Below are positions 56,209-64,000 of a stretch of DNA of 64,000 nucleotides, one piece after another; positions within the stretch are counted from its first letter, which is position 1, and every line of letters begins with the position of its first letter. This DNA comes from a virus. The stretch covers positions 32,001 through 96,000 of the IMG/VR virus record IMGVR_UViG_3300044712_002690, one strand, 5' to 3'. The notes beneath the pieces are model-generated. The model ran no database searches. It was not told the DNA's origin and saw only the letters and a program-made list of their open reading frames with translations. Both the position numbers and the translations under genes were made by a program.

Positions 56209-57270
56209 ATGAATAAACTTGATGTTGAAAGAATACTAAAAGATTTAAATATTCCATATACAATCACTGGAAAGAATGCACGGATTAAGTGTATTAATCC
56301 AAATCACAAAGATGATACTCCTTCTATGTATGTCAGCCTTGCTGAAGGAGAAGAAGGAGTTTTTCATTGCTTTAGTTGTCATTATAAAGGTAATCTTCTT
56401 TCCTTTGTAAAAGATCAATTACAATTATCTGATGAAAATGCTCAAAAATATGTAAGTGACCAAAAGAAAGGCGGTTCAACAGAGGAAGAAAGATTTGCTT
56501 TTATTAAGCAACAAATGGGTAGAAGAAAAAAAGCAGGGTCAGTATACCAAGAAGCTTCTTTTATTCCTAAAATTAAACCTATAATTGACAATTACTATTT
56601 AACTAAACGTGGCTTTACATCAGATGAAATATCTAAGTGGGGAATATGCACTGTAAACGAGCCAGGTAAACCATATCATGGTTGGATTTATATTCCTATT
56701 TACTTTCAAGGTATGTTGAGAACATGGTTTTTACGTAGTACTACTTCAAATAGAAAATTATATGGATATCATACTGAGATAGATGAACATGGTAGGAAAA
56801 TTAATGTAGGTTATCCACGATCTGATATACTTTATGGATATGATGAATTACCTGAAGATTGTTCTGAAGTTTATTTATTCGAAGGAATATTTGATAAAAT
56901 TTGGTTTGAGAGAACCAAGAAACATAGTCTTGCTTTATTAGGCAATAGAATATCTGAAGAGCAACAAAAATATTTAAAAAGGTTTAAATCTGTATTTTTA
57001 GCACTAGATAATGATGAAGCAAGTTTCTTTATTGTAAAAGATGCTCTTAATCTTGCACCTTATATAGAAAATTTATGTATTTGGACACCCCCTCCCGGTA
57101 AAAAAGACGCAAATGAGTGCACAGAATTGGAACTTATGTCTCAGTTCTTAAAAGAACAGAGATTACAAGATTTTATAGAATCAGAGAGGTATATAAAATG
57201 GTACTTGAAAACGTCAACTCGAGCAATATTGAAGCCATCGGGTATGAACCCACGGAGCAAAAGCTACTAG
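56209..57270 (+). CDS. dnaG: DNA primase (CHC2 zinc finger plus TOPRIM)
   Basis: CINPNH.DDTPS...FHCFSC, LYG, FEGIFD, ALDNDEA, KDANE. Confidence 0.9.
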   Translation: MNKLDVERILKDLNIPYTITGKNARIKCINPNHKDDTPSMYVSLAEGEEGVFHCFSCHYKGNLLSFVKDQLQLSDENAQKYVSDQKKGGSTEEERFAFIKQQMGRRKKAGSVYQEASFIPKIKPIIDNYYLTKRGFTSDEISKWGICTVNEPGKPYHGWIYIPIYFQGMLRTWFLRSTTSNRKLYGYHTEIDEHGRKINVGYPRSDILYGYDELPEDCSEVYLFEGIFDKIWFERTKKHSLALLGNRISEEQQKYLKRFKSVFLALDNDEASFFIVKDALNLAPYIENLCIWTPPPGKKDANECTELELMSQFLKEQRLQDFIESERYIKWYLKTSTRAILKPSGMNPRSKSY

Positions 57271-57425
57271 TTAAATTTCGTAGCGGATCTTCTTATATTT
57301 ATAATGGTGTTCCATACGATGTATATAATGAATTTTTACGTTCATCATCTAAGGGGCAATTTTTTCATTCATCTATAAAAACAGGTGGTTACGCATATGA
57401 AAAAGTTGATATTGCAACAGTATAA
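57198..57425 (+). CDS. KTSC domain protein
   Basis: VNSSNIEAIGYEP....LLVKFRSGSSYIYNGVPYDVY..F..SSSKGQFF; likely start ATG 57198 after GAGAGG. Confidence 0.85.
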   Translation: MVLENVNSSNIEAIGYEPTEQKLLVKFRSGSSYIYNGVPYDVYNEFLRSSSKGQFFHSSIKTGGYAYEKVDIATV

Positions 57426-57466
57426 AATATAAAATACAAAAAAATTTATACTTAAAAAAATTTTAT

Positions 57467-57494
57467 TTGACGATTTTGGTGGTATTGATATTAT
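57467..57494 (+). promoter_or_regulatory. Possible sigma70-type promoter
   Basis: TTGACG-N16-TATTAT in the intergenic gap upstream of the tubulin operon. Confidence 0.35.
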
Positions 57495-57527
57495 ATTATA
57501 TACTAATAGTATCAACACATAGAATAA

Positions 57528-57941
57528 ATGAAAATAACCATTAATTTAGATAAGTTAAACCCCTCTTTTAACCAATTAGTCTCACAAAAGTTAAAAGAAG
57601 CTGGATTACCTGGATGCTTTGGTTTAATGACTTTGCCTCTTATTCCCGAAACTGAAAAGTTTGAAGATTCTGACTTACTGATAACTACAAAAACAGTAGG
57701 TAGAGAACAAATTGCTACAACTGAGCTATCAAGTTTTATTGATGGTTCAGAAGCTTTACTAGAAGGTAAAGCTCTTTCTATTCCAGGATTTAAAAAGCTG
57801 ATTTCCAGAAAAGAAGCAATAGTAACTTCTTATGTGGATCAAGCTATTCTTTGTAGTAAATGTAAATTTACAGAAGTTTGTAATATGCTAACTAAGAATA
57901 CTTTAGAATCAGCAAAACTTCTTCAAATAGGAGAAAATTAA
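57528..57941 (+). CDS. Hypothetical protein with C-terminal Cys cluster
   Basis: 137 aa; CSKC....C; directly upstream of tubulin. Confidence 0.55.
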   Translation: MKITINLDKLNPSFNQLVSQKLKEAGLPGCFGLMTLPLIPETEKFEDSDLLITTKTVGREQIATTELSSFIDGSEALLEGKALSIPGFKKLISRKEAIVTSYVDQAILCSKCKFTEVCNMLTKNTLESAKLLQIGEN

Positions 57942-59030
57942 ATGAATGACTTTTTTCATGTAGTGGGTCTTGGTCAATGTGGTATGCGTATTTCTTCTGA
58001 GTTTCAACGAGCTGGTTTTTATACAGCAGTAATGAACTCTGACGAAGTAGATGCTCGTGGTTATCAAATTGAAGAAGATAGGATTCTGGTTCTAAAGAAA
58101 ACAGGTACAGGTAAATCTCTTAAAATTGGAAGACAAATTGTAGAAGAGAATAGAGGAAAGTTTGAGTCTTTCCTTAGACGTCATGCTAACAAAAAAGGTT
58201 TGACACTTTTCATTGCTGGTGGTGGTGGAGGAACAGGTGGTTCTTTTGTTGCACCTGCTGCCGGTTATTTGAAAGAACAAGGATACAAAGTTGGTGTTAT
58301 TTATACCTTGCCACCAAAAATGCTCGGTATGGTTCCTGCAGAAAATGCTCTTCGTACTCTTAAAGAACTTACTAAAATTGAAATGGATTTGTTTATTTTG
58401 GTTGATAATGAAGTTCTACTTGAAGAAGTAGGCAAAGAAACAAGTTGGTGGGGAAAAATTAATCGACTCATCTTATCTACTTTCTATTCTTCCGTAGAAG
58501 TACTTAGATCTGATAAAACTGCTCAAACTGGTCTTGGTTCGATTGACCGTGGTGAGCTTATTCGTACTATTAGTTATGGTAAGGGTCTTACAGACATTCG
58601 TAGATGCTATTTGACCATGACAGACTGCGATCTTCCTGAACAAGATCTTAGTGAGCTTCTCTTTAAACCTCAACTGATAGAAGGATACGATTATAAAACT
58701 ACTCTTTGTTATCTTGTTTCTATTGATGTTCCTCAAAATGGTAACTTTACTGCAGTGTCTAAAAAGATATTCGATGTTGTTAAACGAAAAGTAGGTAATG
58801 GTATTTCTATTTTGGGGATGTTCCAAGATCCTCTTCTGAAAGATTCTGTAAAGGTTACTGTTGTTAATTCGGGGCTAAGACTTCCTAAAGTTCTTCAGTC
58901 CAGAATTAAAAATCTTAAGAGAGATGAGCAAGCATTTCTTGATAAGCAAGGCAAATCAGATGTCACAACTCAAATTTTTTCTGATCTTGATTTGGGGGTT
59001 AGTGTCACTGACGATGATTTTAGTATGTAG
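57942..59030 (+). CDS. Tubulin/FtsZ-family GTPase (PhuZ/TubZ-like)
   Basis: VVGLGQCGMRI, tubulin signature GGGGGTGGS, TLP, VDNE, IDRGEL, acidic C-terminal tail. Confidence 0.9.
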   Translation: MNDFFHVVGLGQCGMRISSEFQRAGFYTAVMNSDEVDARGYQIEEDRILVLKKTGTGKSLKIGRQIVEENRGKFESFLRRHANKKGLTLFIAGGGGGTGGSFVAPAAGYLKEQGYKVGVIYTLPPKMLGMVPAENALRTLKELTKIEMDLFILVDNEVLLEEVGKETSWWGKINRLILSTFYSSVEVLRSDKTAQTGLGSIDRGELIRTISYGKGLTDIRRCYLTMTDCDLPEQDLSELLFKPQLIEGYDYKTTLCYLVSIDVPQNGNFTAVSKKIFDVVKRKVGNGISILGMFQDPLLKDSVKVTVVNSGLRLPKVLQSRIKNLKRDEQAFLDKQGKSDVTTQIFSDLDLGVSVTDDDFSM

Positions 59031-59106
59031 TTAAAAGAGAGGTTCATACTCTATAGGCTATAATCTCCTTAAGATTATCAAACATAAAGAATGGGGGTTT
59101 TGGTAA

Positions 59107-59715
59107 ATGAAGAAAGAGTCTCAGGTAGAAGGGCTTTATGAGCAGTATGTTTCTGAAACCTCAACTGTGAAGAAGGAGAGGGTCTTATCAAAAATTATGA
59201 AATGCTATGAGAATTGGGGTAAGAGCTTGGCATATAATTATGCACAAGCATTTCCTTCTCATGAGCAGGACGATTGGAATCTTTTAGTACAGATAGGGAT
59301 CTGGGAAGGTGTAGAAAAAGCTACTAGTCCTGATAATGTACGGAAATCTATCTATTATAGAGTACGACATCAGATTTCTAAAGAGATTCAACTTATTACA
59401 GCTAGCAAACGTACTTATTTCCACGAAGTTCCTTATGATAATCTTAACTTTGGTGGAGAAGAGGAAAATTTTTGGGTATCTAAAATGGATATCCAAGCTG
59501 CTGTTGAGCTTTTGCCTGAAAAAACAAGGACAGTAGTTAAACTTTGGATGGATGGGCTACCTGTTCTATCCTGCGCATGGAATGAGGTTCCTGTTGAACC
59601 TTGTATTTGTAAAGAAGTAGGATTGAAGGATGCTGCAGTATACTTTAGGCTTCAAGAAGGCTTTGAACTTCTTAGAAGATCTTTAAAAGGATATGAGTCA
59701 TACGTATATGAGTAA
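59107..59715 (+). CDS. Sigma-70-like factor (regions 2 and 4)
   Basis: DDWNLLVQIGIWEGVEK...YYRVRHQI; DIQAAVELLPEKTRTVV...EVGL...VY.RL. Confidence 0.65.
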   Translation: MKKESQVEGLYEQYVSETSTVKKERVLSKIMKCYENWGKSLAYNYAQAFPSHEQDDWNLLVQIGIWEGVEKATSPDNVRKSIYYRVRHQISKEIQLITASKRTYFHEVPYDNLNFGGEEENFWVSKMDIQAAVELLPEKTRTVVKLWMDGLPVLSCAWNEVPVEPCICKEVGLKDAAVYFRLQEGFELLRRSLKGYESYVYE

Positions 59716-59956
59716 AGAGCAGTCTGGAAATTCTGTTTCAATCTATATTTCTGATTTAAAATCTTATTCTGAAGTTCAAGATGAGATTAAAGAAGAATGG
59801 TTTAAACAGTATGGACGAACTCTTAGTAAAAGTGAGATTGTTATGAAATCTTTGATTTATCTACGTGATGCTCTTAAAGGAAAATCTCCTTTTGAAGAAG
59901 AATCTAAGAGAACAATAACATCCACAAGACAAAGTTTTTGTAGATTACATAAATGA
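59693..59956 (+). CDS. Small putative DNA-binding (RHH-like) protein
   Basis: SVSIYISD...LSKSEIVMKSL. Confidence 0.4.
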   Translation: MSHTYMSKEQSGNSVSIYISDLKSYSEVQDEIKEEWFKQYGRTLSKSEIVMKSLIYLRDALKGKSPFEEESKRTITSTRQSFCRLHK

Positions 59957-61395
59957 TAATTCGTGATAAGATTTACATCCCTGTATCTAGATTAGGATCA
60001 AAAGTTAATGATCTAGCCAGGCTTTTTACTTATCAGAATCCAGAATACTTTCAAAAGTCAAGAATGGGCTTTAGTGTATCAAGATGCAGCCCATTCTTGA
60101 CTCATTACGCCTTCACTACTATAAATAATGAAAAATTTATTGTTCTTCCTAGGGGAGCCATAAAAAAGGTTATGACTTTCCTAAATAAGAATGGTATTCC
60201 CCTACGATATCTTGATGAAAGAGTAACTCACCCTGAAATTGATGTTCAATTAAAAGACACTACATTAGAAAAACAACAACTTGATATTATTGATATTTTA
60301 GAGACAAATGAAGGTGGATTAATTGAGATGGCTCCAGGCGGTGGCAAAACAATTGCTGCTCTTGGGTTTATTGCAAAGTTGAAGCAACCTACACTTATAT
60401 TAGTGCATGAACATAGACTTAGAACACAATGGGAAGGTGAAGTACAAAGAAGATTAGGTGGTACATTTACATTAGGTAGATATGATGGAGATAAAAAACA
60501 AGAAGGTGATATTGTAATAGGTATCATTAATACTGCCTATAATATGTATAAAGAAGACAGAGAATTCTTTTCTAAATTTGGTATTGTAATTATTGATGAA
60601 GTTCACCATCTTCCTGCTCATATGTTCACACTCGTAGTTAATAATATCCCTGCAAAATATCGTATTGGTTTAACTGGTACTGTTAAAAGAAAAGACGGTA
60701 AAGAAGTACTATTATTTGATATACTCGGTGAAATCCTTACATCCATTGACCCTGAACAATTACGTCATAGAATAACCAACTTTGAATTTGAAATGATAAG
60801 CACTGATGTAAATGGCCAAGTACCTACTAGACGTATGTGGGTAGATGGTATCATGACACATAAAATTGACTATGTTAAGTTATTAAGTTTTTTAGTAGGC
60901 AATAAAGAAAGGAATACACTTATACTAGAAAAAGTAGTTGAATCTTTAGAGTTAGGACACAAGCCTTTAATTCTGTCTGATAGGGTAGAGCATTGTAAAT
61001 ATTTGCATTCCTACTTGACAGATTTAGGATATAATACTATATTACTAATTGGAGCCACAAGAAAAAGCACAAATTGGGAGGACGTAAGGCAAGATGATAG
61101 TGTACAAGCTATCGTAGCACAGCGAAGTATCGCTGAAGAAGGCCTTGATTATCCTAGTTTATCTGCAATTCATTTAACCTGTCCGTCTACTAATCTACCA
61201 AAGATTAAACAAAGGATAGGAAGGATTCGCAGAGTATCTTCGGATAAGTTAACTCCTAAAGTATATGATTATGTAGATAATGCAATTTCAATGACAGACA
61301 CAAAAGGAAATACTTTTTATCCATTAAAGAGAAGTTCAAAATCTCGTGAATCTTTTTACAGAAAACTCCAGCAGGAGTATTCACAAACAAAATAG
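59953..61395 (+). CDS. SF2 DExH helicase (UvsW-like)
   Basis: MAPGGGKT, IIDEVHH, GLTGT..RKDG, EGLDYP, QRIGRIRR, YDYVD. Confidence 0.92.
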   Translation: MIIRDKIYIPVSRLGSKVNDLARLFTYQNPEYFQKSRMGFSVSRCSPFLTHYAFTTINNEKFIVLPRGAIKKVMTFLNKNGIPLRYLDERVTHPEIDVQLKDTTLEKQQLDIIDILETNEGGLIEMAPGGGKTIAALGFIAKLKQPTLILVHEHRLRTQWEGEVQRRLGGTFTLGRYDGDKKQEGDIVIGIINTAYNMYKEDREFFSKFGIVIIDEVHHLPAHMFTLVVNNIPAKYRIGLTGTVKRKDGKEVLLFDILGEILTSIDPEQLRHRITNFEFEMISTDVNGQVPTRRMWVDGIMTHKIDYVKLLSFLVGNKERNTLILEKVVESLELGHKPLILSDRVEHCKYLHSYLTDLGYNTILLIGATRKSTNWEDVRQDDSVQAIVAQRSIAEEGLDYPSLSAIHLTCPSTNLPKIKQRIGRIRRVSSDKLTPKVYDYVDNAISMTDTKGNTFYPLKRSSKSRESFYRKLQQEYSQTK

Positions 61396-61434
61396 CTTGA
61401 CTAAAGCGTACTGAGGGATACCGGTTATGATAAC

Positions 61435-62172
61435 ATGTTCCCTATTAACAATAGTTTTTTTACATCGGAGATGTTTGAAAAGGGTGTAAGGTTAAGTAAA
61501 AGTTTTAACACTAGAACCCAAGATGAAACTTATGAATTATATGATCTAATTAAGGACGCAGTATTGTGTGCACAGAATCCACAAAATATGGATTCTGATA
61601 AAGCATTACAATTTGTTGTACAAGCATTTGATCCTTTAATTAGAAAAGTTGCAAGTAGGATTTATTTACATGTAAAGGATTTTGAGGAGTTTGAAGATAC
61701 TCTTCAAGAAGCCTACGTGACCTTTATAAATCTTGTTTATGGTTATGATCCTAATATCGCTACCTTTCCTTATTATATTAGGAATATGCTACCACGACAA
61801 GTTAAAGCATGGAGTCAGAAAACCAGAAAACGTACATCTACTCCTGTGGATGTAGTTATTGTAGACAATGCTTTAGTTGACCCAGCATATGATAATAAAG
61901 ACAGCGTCTATGAAAGATATAATAGTATGATTTTCCAAAAAGAATATGAAGACTTTATCCTTGAACGAGCAGAAAAGAAAGCTAAAAGTGATACTGTAAA
62001 AGAAGTATGCTATAATTATTTCTTAGGTGCAAAAAGTTGTAGTACAATAGCTATGGATCTTGGTATCAGCTATCACGCGGTTTATGAAGTTTTGCAAAGG
62101 GTGAAAAGAGAATTACAAGATTTTATGCAAGATAGTTGTTTTGCAGACCCAGAATTTTGGAAACACATTTAA
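61435..62172 (+). CDS. Sigma-70-family RNA polymerase sigma factor
   Basis: FDPLIRKVA...EDTLQEAYVTF...YDP..ATFPYY; region 4 IAMDLGISYHAVYEVLQR. Confidence 0.8.
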   Translation: MFPINNSFFTSEMFEKGVRLSKSFNTRTQDETYELYDLIKDAVLCAQNPQNMDSDKALQFVVQAFDPLIRKVASRIYLHVKDFEEFEDTLQEAYVTFINLVYGYDPNIATFPYYIRNMLPRQVKAWSQKTRKRTSTPVDVVIVDNALVDPAYDNKDSVYERYNSMIFQKEYEDFILERAEKKAKSDTVKEVCYNYFLGAKSCSTIAMDLGISYHAVYEVLQRVKRELQDFMQDSCFADPEFWKHI

Positions 62173-62916
62173 ATGATAATTTATAGAATTATAAATACTT
62201 TAAATAATAAATGTTACATAGGTAAAACTACTTATTCTTTATCTGTGCGAAAATCTAATCATATTTCTGATGCAAAAAAAGGAAGTAATCAATATATTCA
62301 TAAAGCAATTAGAAAATATGGTGAAGAACATTTTACTTTTGAAGTATTAGATGATTCTTGTGAGACAGAAACTGAATTAAATGAACATGAAATGTTTTGG
62401 ATTAAATTTTTGCATACAAAAGCACCTGATGGATATAATTTAACTGAGGGTGGCGAAGGTGCAAGAGGTTTAATTCATAGTGAAGAACGACGTCAACGAA
62501 ATCGAGAAGTTAACTTAGGAAAAGTAATGCCAGAAGAGGTTAAAGAAAAAATTCGACAAGCAAATATTGGTAGAACTTTTTCTGAGGAATGGAGAAGTAA
62601 AATAAGCGAAGCAAACAGAAGAAGGGGTTGTCTTAGTCAAGAAACAAAAGATAAAATCTCAAAATCTAAAAAAGGTAAAAAACAATCTGAAGAAGAAAAA
62701 CATATGAGATCAATTTCAAGAAAAACCTATTTAGCTTCACTTACGGAAGAAGAAAGAAAAAATTTAGGAAAATCCTTAAGGGGAAGACCCTCATGGAATA
62801 AAGGTCTTACTAAAGAAACTAGTGAGTCTGTAAAAAAGATTAGTGATAAAGCGAAAGTAAGACCTAGAAAGAAAAAGCAACAAATGTTGGTTATATCAAA
62901 TGATCAAATCTCTTAA
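62173..62916 (+). mobile_element. Free-standing GIY-YIG homing endonuclease with NUMOD3 repeats
   Basis: IIYRIIN..N.KCYIGKT, GYNLTEGGEG, repeated SEE..xKIS motifs. Confidence 0.9.
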
Positions 62917-63058
62917 CATAGCATTACCAGAAGAGTTACATTATAGAGTAAAGCAGAAATGTCAATTTTATGAATTGACTCTACAAGAGGTTGTAGCTGC
63001 TTTACTTGAAAAATTCGATGAAGGTGAGTTAGATTATATTTTTAAGATAACACCATAA
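62900..63058 (+). CDS. 52-aa ribbon-helix-helix-like protein
   Basis: Read manually: MIKSLNIALPEELHYRVKQKCQFYELTLQEVVAALLEKFDEGELDYIFKITP. Confidence 0.6.
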   Translation: MIKSLNIALPEELHYRVKQKCQFYELTLQEVVAALLEKFDEGELDYIFKITP

Positions 63059-63091
63059 CTAAACGAATTACTAAATTTTTTTATTTTTTGG

Positions 63092-63130
63092 AGAGTAAGA
63101 CCTAAACTGATCTTACTCTTTTTATTTTTA
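63092..63130 (+). terminator. Rho-independent terminator
   Basis: AGAGTAAGA/TCTTACTCT stem followed by TTTTATTTTT. Confidence 0.65.
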
Positions 63131-63154
63131 TAAATAAATAGGAAGAAACAAACA

Positions 63155-64000
63155 ATGACAGATTCTTTAAGTGATAGACTTAGGGATCATAATTATGTTC
63201 CCTCACAAATACCAACCTCCCTTACTAAATCCACTACTCAGAAAAAGATTTGTCCTGTTAGATTTACAGAAGATGTTATTGAATATTGCCAAGGTGAAGA
63301 ATTTTTACAAGCAACTCTTCGTAAATTACAAAAAGACTTTTTACTTGATTTGTATGAGTTAGATGAAAAAGGATATCCAAAATATGATACAGGTGTTTTT
63401 ATAGCAGGTATGCGCGGCGGTAAGTCTATGCTTGCTGCTATTATAGCATCTTTTCAATTACATAAACTCTTAGCAATGCAAGATCCTGCTGCTCAATTAC
63501 ATCAGTTTAAAGGACAGCGACTAACTCTTCAATTTATAGCTTCTTCTGAAGCGCAAGCACAAGAAACAGCTTATGCTTCTTTTGAAGCTATTATAAATAA
63601 TGCGCCTTGGTGGGTGAAGTATATTGAATGGTTAAAAGAAAGAGAAGAAACAGAAGGCCTTGGTAAAGGATCTTTGTTTGAAATGCTTTCTAATAGAATA
63701 GAGTTCAAAGAAAAGAATATTGCTGCTTTATCTCTTCACTCTAACTCTGCTGCACTTGTAGGTAAAACATCAGCTTGTTGTATCTTTGATGAGTTATCTC
63801 GATTTGACGTAGCTGAGGGAGCTATACAGACAAAGACACAGAAACGATCTGCTCAAGCTGTTTATGATGGTGTTGCTAAAGCAGCTACATCGTTAATGCC
63901 TTTTTCAAAAGTAGTTACAATTACATCTCCTATGTACGAAGATGACTATGGTATGAGACTCCTTTATATGTCAGGTACATTTAGAGGGGGAAGTCAAAGC
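63155..64000 (+). CDS. terL: Terminase large subunit, partial (runs off the right end)
   Basis: Read manually (282 codons open): Walker A AGMRGGKS, ASSEAQA, Walker B CCIFDELS, coupling motif ITSP. Confidence 0.88.
   Translation, partial: MTDSLSDRLRDHNYVPSQIPTSLTKSTTQKKICPVRFTEDVIEYCQGEEFLQATLRKLQKDFLLDLYELDEKGYPKYDTGVFIAGMRGGKSMLAAIIASFQLHKLLAMQDPAAQLHQFKGQRLTLQFIASSEAQAQETAYASFEAIINNAPWWVKYIEWLKEREETEGLGKGSLFEMLSNRIEFKEKNIAALSLHSNSAALVGKTSACCIFDELSRFDVAEGAIQTKTQKRSAQAVYDGVAKAATSLMPFSKVVTITSPMYEDDYGMRLLYMSGTFRGGSQS

Larger units (their letters stand above)
1..64000. other. Segment of a large tailed dsDNA bacteriophage genome
   Basis: Capsid, portal, prohead protease, terminase, phage-type replication genes and tubulin are present. 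No rRNA or cellular housekeeping operons. Genes are tightly coupled with GGAG-type RBSs. Confidence 0.95.

Noticed and set aside
57942-59030. Nucleus-forming (chimallin) jumbo phage
   Set aside because: Tubulin alone is insufficient; no shell protein or multisubunit RNAP gene was recognised in the window, and sigma factors suggest host RNAP use.
63129-63136. T4-type late promoter TATAAATA before terL (also at 39182)
   Set aside because: The octamer is expected by chance in such AT-rich DNA and is not seen consistently upstream of the capsid-arm genes.
1290-63362. Short alternative-frame or antisense ORFs in the track (e.g. 4045..4683, 29930..30403, 58473..58826, 63171..63362)
   Set aside because: They lie inside better-supported genes, lack RBSs or motifs, and are explained as shadows of biased codon usage; 63171..63362 is out of frame within terL.
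1-64000. Stop-codon reassignment (alternative genetic code)
   Set aside because: Code 11 gives near-complete coding density and full-length conserved enzymes; TAA, TAG and TGA all end genes at sensible positions.
41701-64000. Inteins or group I introns in polA, recA, dnaB or terL
   Set aside because: The insertions lack intein C/S...HN termini or LAGLIDADG blocks, and the GIY-YIG gene does not split a reading frame.
1-64000. tRNA or rRNA genes
   Set aside because: No cloverleaf or T-loop consensus was found in the few intergenic gaps by eye; tRNAscan-SE/ARAGORN would be needed to exclude them formally.

Overview
This is a 64-kb segment of an AT-rich, gene-dense large tailed dsDNA phage (Caudoviricetes; probably jumbo-sized, inferred from gene content) using the standard genetic code. 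Positions 1-18.55 kb are a leftward head-assembly arm: major capsid protein, decoration-like protein, scaffold-like protein, prohead protease, an extended portal, and several acidic proteins rich in K-x-A motifs. A non-coding strand-switch region at 18.56-18.99 kb holds five 15-bp direct repeats and two GCGAAGC mini-hairpins, and is a likely origin. The rightward arm encodes SbcCD, dUTPase, a metal-ligand-deficient phosphoesterase, a RecB-like nuclease, SSB, RuvC, a UDG-PolA fusion, sliding clamp, RecA, helicase loader, DnaB, primase, tubulin, two sigma factors, an SF2 helicase, a GIY-YIG endonuclease and the start of the large terminase. Two candidate novel systems stand out. (1) A complete 7-deazaguanine DNA-modification operon (queD, Gpt-like PRTase, queE, queC, DUF366, folE, true bimodular queF, dpdA), in which the ligase-like DUF366 could tailor the preQ1 amine into an undescribed base. 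(2) A run of about 10 adjacent genes (27.4-36.6 kb) sharing an N-terminal F-Y-x-[RK]-[LI]-[AS] leader that ends in the same K/R-x-A/S motif as the capsid propeptide. This suggests a capsid-targeted, protease-matured, co-injected effector cassette containing a nucleotidyltransferase and polymorphic GxxTxWCT-domain proteins. All family calls come from motif recognition by eye; no database searches were run.
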